DNA from: an uncultured Enterobacterales bacterium
GTDB taxonomy: Bacteria > Myxococcota_A > UBA796 > UBA2385
Length of the DNA stretch: 64,000 bases
Assembly: GCA_964599085.1 (NCBI GenBank)
Contig: CAZRFD010000026.1
Span: 1,982-65,981, forward strand
Direction of reading: 5' to 3'
Shown piece by piece: positions 54,066-64,000 of the stretch. A program made the position numbers and the translations under genes. Every line of letters starts with the position of its first letter. The stretch's first letter is position 1. Under the pieces are notes generated by a model. It worked only from the letters and a program-made list of their open reading frames with translations, made no database searches and was not told the origin of the DNA.

Positions 54066-55019
54066 TCAGCCGCGGGTCAGCCGGCGGAAGACCTCTTCCA
54101 GGTTCGTCTTCTCGCGACCCAGCTCCACCAGGCGCAGCCCGCGACTCGCGGCCAGCTCGAACAGCGATGCGCGGACATCGCAGTCGGCGAGGACCTCGAA
54201 GGCGAGCCACTCGGGGCGCTCGGCCTCGACATCGGCCACCCGACGGACGCCATCCATGGCATCGATGGCGCTGCGAACGGCGTCGCGTCCCAGCGCCACG
54301 CTGCCAGCCGCAAAGGTCGCGTGGACCAGCAGGCCACCCTGCTCGCGCGTCGTCACCTCGGCGGTAGCGCCGTCGGCGACGAGCCGGCCCTGGTGGATGA
54401 TGATCACGCGGTCGCAGGTCGCCTGGACCTCGCTGAGGATGTGGGTGGACAGCAGGACCGTGCGGCGGCGCCCCAGCTCGCGGATCAGGTTGCGGATCTC
54501 GACGATCTGGTTCGGGTCGAGCCCGGTCGTGGGCTCGTCGAGGACGAGGATGGGAGGGGAGTGGAGCAGCGCCTGGGCGAGGCCGACGCGCTGGCGGTAG
54601 CCCTTGGACAGCTCGCCGATGCGCTGGCCGAGGCGAGGCAGGATCCCGCACTGCTCGGCGACGCGGTGCTGGGCGGCCGCGCGTTCTGCGGGACCCAGCC
54701 CGCGGATCCGGCCGACGTAGTCGAGGTAGTCGCCCACCCGCATGTCGGTGTAGAGCGGGGCGTTCTCCGGCAGGTAGCCCAGGTGGCGGCGGGCCTGGAG
54801 GCTGTCGACGAGCACGTCGTGGCCCTTGATCGTCGCCGAGCCGCCGGTTGGCGCGATGAAGCCCGTCAGGATCTTCATGGCGGTGCTCTTGCCTGCGCCG
54901 TTGGGGCCGAGGAAGCCGACGACCTCGCCCTCGGAGATCTCGAAGCTGATCCCCTTGAGCGCGCGCAGCTCGCCGTAGGTCTTCTGGAGGTCGTCCACCC
55001 GGATCGCTGGCATCGGCAT
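54066..55019 (-). CDS. ABC transporter ATP-binding protein (ABC-2/GldA-like)
   Basis: Walker A GPNGAGKST, signature LSKGYRQRV, Walker B ILVLDEPTTGLD, H-loop STHIL. Start MPMPAIRVDDLQKTYG (first or second ATG, 55019/55013). The 258-aa ORF-track extension rejected. Confidence 0.8.
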   Translation of the reverse strand: MPMPAIRVDDLQKTYGELRALKGISFEISEGEVVGFLGPNGAGKSTAMKILTGFIAPTGGSATIKGHDVLVDSLQARRHLGYLPENAPLYTDMRVGDYLDYVGRIRGLGPAERAAAQHRVAEQCGILPRLGQRIGELSKGYRQRVGLAQALLHSPPILVLDEPTTGLDPNQIVEIRNLIRELGRRRTVLLSTHILSEVQATCDRVIIIHQGRLVADGATAEVTTREQGGLLVHATFAAGSVALGRDAVRSAIDAMDGVRRVADVEAERPEWLAFEVLADCDVRASLFELAASRGLRLVELGREKTNLEEVFRRLTRG

Positions 55020-55088
55020 CCCCTGCGGCCGCCCTCCTATCGGGTCAACCAGTGGTTGCGTTAGCTGGTCGGCGCCACAGAGAGCGCC

Positions 55089-56021
55089 ATGTCCGAAGTC
55101 GAGCCCGAGATCTCCCCCGTAGAGAAGTCCGCCAACGGGCACGCCCGCCCCGAAGATCGCGCCTTGCGCTCCGAGCGGATCCGCCTGGAGCACCGGCTGC
55201 TCCGGCGGGTCGGCCAGGCCAGCCGCGACTTCGGCCTCATCGAGCCGGGCGACCGGATCATGGTCTGCATGTCGGGGGGCAAGGACTCCTACGCCATGGC
55301 CTGGCTGCTCCGGGCCGTGCAGCGCAAGGTGCCGTTCCAGTTCGACATGATCTGCGTGAACCTGGACCAGGGCCAGCCGGGCTTCGAGGGCCACCGCCTG
55401 GCGGCCTGGCTCGACGAGCAGGGACTGCAGCGCCGCATGCTGTCCAAGGACACCTACAGCATCGTCACGTCGATGATCCCCGAGGGGCGCACCTACTGCA
55501 GCCTGTGCAGCCGGCTGCGGCGCGGTGTGCTGTACGACGCCGCTGTGGAGCTTGGCTGCAACAAGCTCGCCCTTGGCCACCACCGCGACGACATCATCGA
55601 GACCGTGCTGCTCAACCTCCTGTACGCCGGGCAGGTCAAGGCGATGCCGCCCAAGCTGGTGAGCGACGATGGGCGCAACACGCTCATCCGCCCGCTGGCC
55701 TACTGCGACGAAGCGGACATCGCCCGCCTCTCCGACCTGCTGGCCTTCCCCATCCTGCCCTGCGACCTCTGCGGCAGCCAGGAACACCTCCACCGCAAGA
55801 AGGTGAAGGCGCTCATCGCGGGGCTACAGGCCGACAACGACAAGGTGCGGGGCAACATCTTCGCCGCGCTGAGCAACGTCGTTCCCAGCCACCTGCTGGA
55901 CCAGGACCTGCGGCGGCGCTGCGTGCTGGACCCCCAGAGTGGTGCGCCCGTGGTGGATGACGCAGAGGGCGCAGCGGGCACGGGGGGCTTCATGGACGAG
56001 CTGGAGGCCGCGCTGCGCTGA
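55089..56021 (+). CDS. ttcA: tRNA 2-thiocytidine(32) synthetase TtcA (PP-loop ATPase)
   Basis: PP-loop CMSGGKDS; CxxC pairs (CSLCSRL, CDLCGS). 310 aa. Confidence 0.85.
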   Translation: MSEVEPEISPVEKSANGHARPEDRALRSERIRLEHRLLRRVGQASRDFGLIEPGDRIMVCMSGGKDSYAMAWLLRAVQRKVPFQFDMICVNLDQGQPGFEGHRLAAWLDEQGLQRRMLSKDTYSIVTSMIPEGRTYCSLCSRLRRGVLYDAAVELGCNKLALGHHRDDIIETVLLNLLYAGQVKAMPPKLVSDDGRNTLIRPLAYCDEADIARLSDLLAFPILPCDLCGSQEHLHRKKVKALIAGLQADNDKVRGNIFAALSNVVPSHLLDQDLRRRCVLDPQSGAPVVDDAEGAAGTGGFMDELEAALR

Positions 56022-56134
56022 GCAAGGGGACGCGGGCCCGCCCGGTCTCGGCGCGCTCACGCGGTGGCGCCCCCCGAACGCAACACCGCCCGGCTCGGAG
56101 GCCGGGCGGCAGGGCTCTCACGGCTGTGGGCAGC

Positions 56135-57972
<1,838 letters not shown>

Positions 57973-57973
<1 letters not shown>

Positions 57974-60879
57974 CAGTTGAACTCCCCGCGAAGGCCGAAC
58001 TGGAAGAACCGGGGCGACTGCCGGCTGGTGGGCCGGCCCCAGTAGGGCTCGCCGTTGCTGTCGGTGTAGACGCCCTCACCGTCGGTGTCCCCGTAGCGGG
58101 TGTCGACGCCGAGCACGGTGCGGTCGTTGAAGACGTTGAAGCACTCTGCCGTGAGGTCCCAGGTGGACCGACCGACCGCCAGCGTCAGACCGGCCTTGAG
58201 GTCGGTGCGGCTGTACATCGGCGTGCGGTAGGTGCCGTCGATGGGGTCCTGGGCGTTCGTCCAGCTTCCGTCGTAGCTGTTGTAGTACAGCTTGCGGTAC
58301 GGGAAGCCGCTGCTGGCTTCCATCGACCAGCCGAACAGGAAGCCGAGTGACGTCGTGTCGGAGAGGCTGGCCGCTTCCGGATCGCGGTAGGAGCCGGCGA
58401 TCTTGAGGTTGTGCGGCACGTCGTAGGGCTGCAGGCCGACGTCGACTTCGTTCTGGGTGTAGTTGTCCATCACGCCGCTGGCCAGCGCCGTGGTGTTGCC
58501 CTGGTAGAAGCCGTAGGCGTGGCTCCAGGTGTAGTTGGCCACCATGCCCCAGTGGTCGTCGAACTGGCGGTTCGCCTGGACTTCGATGGCCGTGTACTTG
58601 TTGAAGTTCTCATCGGGGGTGCGCATGCGGTAGACCGCGCTGCTGCTGCCGTTGCGGCCGCCGATGACGCTGGTGCCGTCGTCGTTCCAGATGAGGTTGA
58701 CCTCGTCGTCTTCCCACCGGTTGTTCGTCTCTTCGTAGACGAAGGTCAGGTCGAGGCCCCAGCCGTCGCCGAGGTCGCGGGACAGGCCGATGTCGAACTC
58801 GTCGGAGTGCGGGGTGACGAGGTCGTCGGCCAGCAGGAAGTAGCCAGCGGTCGACGCCGCGCCGGGCACCCACTCCTGCCGGTCTTCGTCCCAGGAGTAG
58901 CTGGTGTAGCCGGTGTCGGTGTCGGCCAGCGTGTCGGCGATGGCCAGGTAGCCCGGGTCGTAGAAGCGACCGTAGTAGGCGTGGGCGCTGGTCTTGCCGT
59001 CACCCGTCAGGTCGTAGGCCAGGCCGAAGCGCGGCGCGAAGTCGACCGACGAGTAGATCTTGTGGGACTTGAAGTCCGGGTCGAAGAACGGCCGGTTGTT
59101 CAGCGCGCTGTAGTCCATGCGCACGCCGGGCCGGATGGTCAGGCGCGGGACAGGCTGCCAGACATCCTGGATGTAGGCGGCGAACAGCGTGCCGGCGACA
59201 TGCGACTCGTACTGGCTGTTGTAGATGTAGAGCTGGGAGGGCTCGTAGCAGGACGGGTCGTTGGGGTCGCAGTCTGCGCCCGGTTCGTAGTAGGCCAGAC
59301 CCGAGGTGTCGGGGTCGGCGCCCTGCTCTGCTTCGGTCTCGGGGCCGACACCGGGGAAGGAGGAGTTGGCCTGGAGCAGCTCCAGGTTGACGCCGGCCTT
59401 GGCCTGGTGATCACCGAGGGCTTCGAAGAGCTGCGTGATGCTGCTGGAGACGGAGTGCCGGTTGCGGTAGCTGGCCGAGCCGTAGGGTTCGGGGCCATAG
59501 GAGAAGCCGCTGTTGCTGAACCAGCCGGGTTCGGAGTAGCCGTAGTTGTTGGCCGGGTCGCACTGGTCCCACTGGCCGCGCTTGCACCACAGTTCCTGGA
59601 TGGGGACGGTGACGATCTGGCTGCGCTGGGTGAAGGCTTCGGTCTGGACGATGGTGTTGCTGCCGGGCGTCCAGGTGTGGCTGAGGCTGGCCATCCAGCC
59701 GCCCTGCTTCCACCACTCTTCGCCGCTGGGCAGGGTGTAGATGTCCTGCGTGCTGTTCTCGATGCTGGTCGGGTCAGCCTGGAAGTGGGCCGAGATGCGG
59801 TGGGCGACGCTGGGCGACCAGGTGAGCTTGGCGAAGTAGTACTGGCTGTTCCAGTACCGGGGCGCCATGGGTTCGTCGCGGCCGATCTCTTCGGGCACCG
59901 TCTGCTCGTAGTCGCTGCGGTTCATCTGGAAGCTGGTGAAGAACCAGAGCTTGTCCTTGATGATCGGGCCGCCGATGTTCGCAGCCGCCGACAGGTCGAA
60001 GTAGGTGATGTCGTCCTGGTTCTCTTCTTCGGGCAGCTTCTTGTAGATGCGGGTGGCTTCGCTGCTGTAGAGGACCTGGAGGTCACCCTCGAACTCGTTG
60101 CCGCCCGAGCGGGTGACGACGTTGACGACACCGCCCAGCGCGCGGCCGTGTTCGGCGTCGAGGCCACCGGTCAGCACCTGGACTTCTTCGATGGCGTCGA
60201 AGTTCATGTTGTTGCTGAACGTGCCCGTCAGCGGGTCGGTCGAGTTGACGCCGTCGATGAAGTACTGGTTCTGGGTGTAGCTGCCGCCGCGCATGTTGGC
60301 GTTGCCCGAACCGTTGTCGACGACACCCGGCGAGAAGTTCGTCGCCGACTGGTAGTCGCGGCCGGAGTTCGGGATGTCGCGGAGCATCTCCTTGGTGAGC
60401 ACGAGGCCGGTGCGGGTCGTCGTGGTGTCCACCGTCGGCTTCTCGTCGACGATCACGATCTCTTCGCCGGCTTCCTGCAGCTTCAGTTCGGCTTCCATCT
60501 GGGCTTCGCGGCCGGCGTAGACCCGCAGCGTGCTGATGGACTTGCTGAAGCCCGGCTTGATGATCTCGACCTTGTAGTCGCCGACCGGCAACGCCAGGAA
60601 GCGGAAGTCGCCGTCGGCGTTGGTCTCGGTCGAGCGGCCACCCTGGAGGTTGTCGCTGGTGATGTTGACCACGGCGCCGGGGATGCCCAGGCCGTCGGCG
60701 TCGACGACCGTGCCGCGGATCTGACCGGTCAGGTCGGCGGCGCGGGCTTCCAGGCTGGCGGTCGCCAGCGTGGTCACGAGACCGACGCCCGGTGTGGCCA
60801 GCAGCACCGGCACGAGCAGGCGCGCCAGCGATACGGAGCGGGCGGGGGGCGAAGGATGAGTCTGCGTCAGCTTCTGCAT
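57973..60879 (-). CDS. TonB-dependent outer-membrane receptor with N-terminal carboxypeptidase-regulatory-like domain
   Basis: Signal peptide. ADLTGQIRGTVVDADGLGIPGAVVNITSDN...GDFRFLALPVGDYKV (CarbopepD_reg-like). Plug then 22-strand barrel-length C-terminus ending FQFGLRGEFN. Confidence 0.8.
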
Positions 60880-61024
60880 GGAGGGACCTCTGGGCTCCAA
60901 GGAGCGCGTCCGGACCTACTCTATGGGGCCCCGATCCGCAACCGCGTCGCGGGCGTCTTCTTGGATGGAGGTGTCGCCGGATCGGGCCGCGTTAGTGCCT
61001 GCGGCGCGGATCTCTGGAGGGCTG

Positions 61025-61804
61025 ATGCGCATCACCACGTGGAACGTCAACTCCGTCCGGGCGCGGCTGCCGCGCCTGTTGGCTTGGGTTGACCGGCACC
61101 AACCGGACGTGCTCTGCCTCCAGGAGCTGAAGTGCACCGACGAGCAGTTTCCGCGTGCTCCCTTCGCCGAGCGTGGCTACCACGTGGAGGTCTTCGGGCA
61201 GAAGGCGTGGAACGGTGTGGCCATCGCCACCCGCAGCGTCCCCGACGAAGTGCTCCGCGACGTTCCCATTGCAGGTGATCCCGACGCCCGCGGCCTGAGC
61301 GTCGTCGTCGACGACGTGCGCATCGTCGACCTCTACGTGGTCAACGGCCGAACGGTCGGCCACGAGCAGTACACGCGGAAGCTGGCGTGGCTGGACGCGC
61401 TGGTGGCGTGGCTCGACGCGCACAGCAGCCCCGACGAGCTGCTCTGCGTCTGTGGGGACTTCAACATCGCGCCGGAAGACATCGACACCTGGGACGCCGA
61501 AGCCTGGCGCGAGCGCATCCTCTGTTCGACACCGGAACGGGAGCGCTTCCAGGCGCTGCTGGACTGGGGGCTGATCGACAGCTTCCGCCAGTTCGACGAT
61601 CGTGCGGGCTCCTACACCTGGTGGGACATGCGCACGCGGGGCTTCGAGCGCGGCCAGGGGCTGCGTATCGACCACCTGCTTGTCACCGAGGGCCTGCTGG
61701 AAGCCGCGCTCGACTGCGAGATCGACGTGGAGGAGCGGGGGCTCGATCACCCCGACGCCAAGCCCAGCGACCACGCCCCGGTCACGCTGACGCTGGAGGA
61801 CTGA
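61025..61804 (+). CDS. xthA: Exodeoxyribonuclease III (AP endonuclease)
   Basis: MRITTWNVNSVRARL, LCLQELK, VCGDFNIAPEDID, SYTWWDMR, RIDHLLV. Confidence 0.85.
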   Translation: MRITTWNVNSVRARLPRLLAWVDRHQPDVLCLQELKCTDEQFPRAPFAERGYHVEVFGQKAWNGVAIATRSVPDEVLRDVPIAGDPDARGLSVVVDDVRIVDLYVVNGRTVGHEQYTRKLAWLDALVAWLDAHSSPDELLCVCGDFNIAPEDIDTWDAEAWRERILCSTPERERFQALLDWGLIDSFRQFDDRAGSYTWWDMRTRGFERGQGLRIDHLLVTEGLLEAALDCEIDVEERGLDHPDAKPSDHAPVTLTLED

Positions 61805-62997
61805 TGGCCTGGCGGGGCATCGGGCCAGCCCTCGATGCGGCCACGGACGGCGACCGGATCACCCTTTGGGGGCGCGTGGAGGGTGGCGCCTTCGTCGACG
61901 CGACGGGCGTCGTCGTCCTGGGCGGCCAGGTGTTGCATGAGGGGGCGGTGGGGATGGTGCAGGGGCGGCTGCATGCCGGCGTCCTGCAGGTAGAGCGGGC
62001 CGAGCTGCGCCCCGCGGCGGGGCGGGCGGGGCTGGGGCGTGACCCCCATCTCGTCGCCGCTCGCTTTGCGATGGTGGCTCGCCTCAGGTCGTCGCTGCAG
62101 GCCCGCGGCTACCAGGAGGTCGACACCCCGCTGCTGTTGGAGGCTGCAGGGACGGATCCCTTCATCGACCCTGTCCCGGCGCGCCTCGCGCCGACCTGGA
62201 ACCCGATGGCCCCGGAAGGCACCGCCTGGCTGCACACCAGCCCCGAGCTGGAGCTCAAGCGGCTGTTGGCCCTCGGCTTCCCGGCAATCTTCCAGGTCGG
62301 CCACGTCTTCCGGCAGGGGGACCTCTCCCCGTGGCATGAACCCGAGTTCACCATGGCGGAGTGGTATCGCGTCGGCTGGGGCGCGACCGAGCTGGGCGCG
62401 GAGGTCGCCGAGCTGGCCTGCTTGCTGCTCGATCGCTCTGCGGACAGCCTCCAGGTCCGGACGGTCGCGGATCTGTGTGAGGAGTACGTCGGCGTCGACG
62501 TGCTGGCCCTGCAAGAGGGAGATGCTCTGTCGCGGGCCCTCGGCGGACCGCCGGAGCCCTTCGTGCATGCCTTCTCGCGGCTGTGGGTCGACGCAGTGGA
62601 GCCGCGCCTCGCAGGACTCGGCGCGGTGTTGGTCACCCGCTGGCCGGCCGCGCTGTCGATGCTCGCGCGCCTGGACCCGGGCGACCCGCGCGTCGCGCTG
62701 CGCTTCGAGCTGGTCGTCGACGGCGTCGAGCTGGCCAACGGCTTCGAGGAGCTGACAGACCCCGTGGAGCAGCGCGCCCGCTTCGACGCCGACCGCCGGC
62801 TCCGGGCCGCCGAGGGCCAGCCGGACATGCCCGTGCCGGAGCGCTTCATCGCCGCGCTCGAGGCCGGGATCCCGCCCTGCGCCGGCGTCGCCCTGGGGGT
62901 CGACCGGCTGGTGGCGCTCTCGTTGTCGACGTCGTCGCTGGCGGACTGCCTGGCCAGCCCCGCGGCCGTACGCTTCGCGAGGCTTCAGGGCAGGTAG
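61804..62997 (+). CDS. epmA: Lysyl-tRNA-synthetase class-II paralogue (EpmA/GenX-like EF-P lysyl ligase) with residual N-terminal OB-like segment
   Basis: ATG overlaps the xthA stop (TGATG). Class-II core: TSPELELKRLLALGFPAIFQVGHVFRQGD, HEPEFTMAEWY, ELANGFEEL, GVALGVDRL. About 90-aa N-terminus (RITLWGRVEGGAFVDATGVVVLGGQV) resembles a truncated anticodon-binding OB fold. Confidence 0.7.
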   Translation: MAWRGIGPALDAATDGDRITLWGRVEGGAFVDATGVVVLGGQVLHEGAVGMVQGRLHAGVLQVERAELRPAAGRAGLGRDPHLVAARFAMVARLRSSLQARGYQEVDTPLLLEAAGTDPFIDPVPARLAPTWNPMAPEGTAWLHTSPELELKRLLALGFPAIFQVGHVFRQGDLSPWHEPEFTMAEWYRVGWGATELGAEVAELACLLLDRSADSLQVRTVADLCEEYVGVDVLALQEGDALSRALGGPPEPFVHAFSRLWVDAVEPRLAGLGAVLVTRWPAALSMLARLDPGDPRVALRFELVVDGVELANGFEELTDPVEQRARFDADRRLRAAEGQPDMPVPERFIAALEAGIPPCAGVALGVDRLVALSLSTSSLADCLASPAAVRFARLQGR

Positions 62998-63365
62998 TGT
63001 CGCAGCAGCTCGGTCAGGGCATGCAGGTGCACGGGCTTGCTGACCAGCGGCAGGATCTGCAGCCCGCGCTGACGCCAGTCGTCGAGCAGCGAGGTCGTCT
63101 CGGGACCGCCCCAGCCCGTCAGCGGCAGCAGCGGTGCGGCGCAGCCAAGCCGGGCCAGCCACGCCAGCAGCTCTCCGGGTGGCAGCGTGCCGAGGGTCAG
63201 GTCCAGGACCACCAGGGCCGGCTCGGCCGTGGCCAGCGCCGCTTCCAGCGACCGGAGATCGCTGGCCTCGGCCAGCGCGAAGCCGGCACGGCTGGCGGAG
63301 CGACCCACCAGCATGCGGATGGTGGGGTCGTCTTCGACGATCAAGGCGAGGGGTGCCTCTGGCAT
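62985..63365 (-). CDS. Single-domain response regulator (REC only)
   Basis: MPEAPLALIVEDDPTIRML...LVVLDLTLG...LVSKP. 126 aa. 3' end overlaps the epmA-like 3' end by 13 nt (convergent). Confidence 0.7.
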   Translation of the reverse strand: MPEAPLALIVEDDPTIRMLVGRSASRAGFALAEASDLRSLEAALATAEPALVVLDLTLGTLPPGELLAWLARLGCAAPLLPLTGWGGPETTSLLDDWRQRGLQILPLVSKPVHLHALTELLRHYLP

Positions 63366-63539
63366 CGGGCGGCCGGTCCGTTCGGACGAGAGGGGGAGGG
63401 GAGCCCGGGGGGCCCCGAGCGACGGGACGGAGTGCCCCATAGCCGCCGTCATCGCGGGCCGGCAAGACCGGTTCGGGTCGGTCGCGCTCGGCAGCCGCGC
63501 CGATGCGGACCAGGGCGCGTCACCGGGTACACGTAGGCG

Positions 63540-63900
63540 ACGTGGCGCGGCTTGCCCACGATGTGGGGGTGGGGGGGGGGGAAGCTCACCGAGCTGCCTC
63601 CCGCGATGCAGCGTTCGAGACACATCGCGGACCGCGAGGGTGCGAGGGCGCCAATTCGCGGGGGCGCGAGGGTGTGAGGGTGCGGGTCGCTTCACAAGTC
63701 GGGGGGGGGGGCTGGCACAGCCCCCCGCAGTGGTGACGCCGCGCTCGAGCTGGGGGAGGCGCGAGTCGCGTCGCTCGCGACACAAGTCGGGGGGCTGGCG
63801 CAGCCCCACCAGGCCCGGGCCGAGGGCGCGAGTCCGCGAAGTCCGCGCGTCCGCGAGGCCGCGAGGCCGCGAGGCCTGAGGGCGCGAAGGTGTCGCTTGC
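63540..63900. repeat. Repeat-rich GC intergenic region: two G11 homopolymers, two copies of a ~30-bp hairpin repeat (CACAAGTCGGGGGG..CTGGCRCAGCCCC), GCGAGGGTG iterations and (CCGCGAGG)x3
   Basis: Seen directly. Coordinates approximate. Confidence 0.55.
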
Positions 63901-64000
63901 GTCAGGGCTTCATGCGCATTGTTGCCGGGGGCGGTGGCGCCGCGGTCAGCGCGCCGCCGTCGCGCTCAGCGTGTCGGCCATGGTGCTCCAGGAGCGGTCC

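Noticed and set aside
63680-63815. Possible CRISPR array (two ~30-bp direct repeats with hairpin potential)
   Set aside because: Only two copies, the spacer between them is about 60 nt and itself repetitive, there are no further regularly spaced repeats, and no cas genes. More consistent with an interspersed palindromic repeat.

Overview
The window is about 70% GC and appears to come from a myxobacterium (Myxococcota). The evidence for that is two MYXO-CTERM-type C-terminal sorting tails, many lipoproteins with Asp-rich calcium- or metal-binding repeats, and pervasive spurious antisense ORFs typical of high-GC DNA. I support about 47 coding genes on both strands; most sit in tightly packed operons with 1-4 nt start/stop overlaps.

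Recognisable housekeeping genes are lepB, dapA, dapB, murJ, aspS, selB, ttcA, xthA and an epmA-like gene. There are several envelope and glycosylation clusters: a GT-C mannosyltransferase-like operon, three NAD-dependent epimerases, TonB-dependent and porin-like outer-membrane proteins, and a subtilisin / FG-GAP / pentaheme cytochrome c operon. A hybrid histidine kinase is also present.

The most unusual locus is a minus-strand operon immediately downstream of dapA-dapB. It encodes an all-helical hypothetical protein, a KAP-family P-loop NTPase (the PifA family) and a NACHT STAND NTPase, chained by a GTGA start/stop overlap. I propose it as an undescribed two-NTPase defence or signalling system.

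Other notable items are a tandemly duplicated radical-SAM/SPASM protein whose second half has lost its cluster cysteines, paired divergently with a glycosyltransferase carrying a coiled-coil tail. There is also a candidate small RNA with promoter and terminator, coding tandem repeats (15 bp x14, (GCC)11, and about 45 Cys/Asp-rich units), G9 to G11 homopolymer tracts, and a repeat-rich 3' intergenic region.

CDS coordinates are anchored to the supplied ORF track and are exact. Non-coding coordinates were read by eye and are approximate (a few nt).
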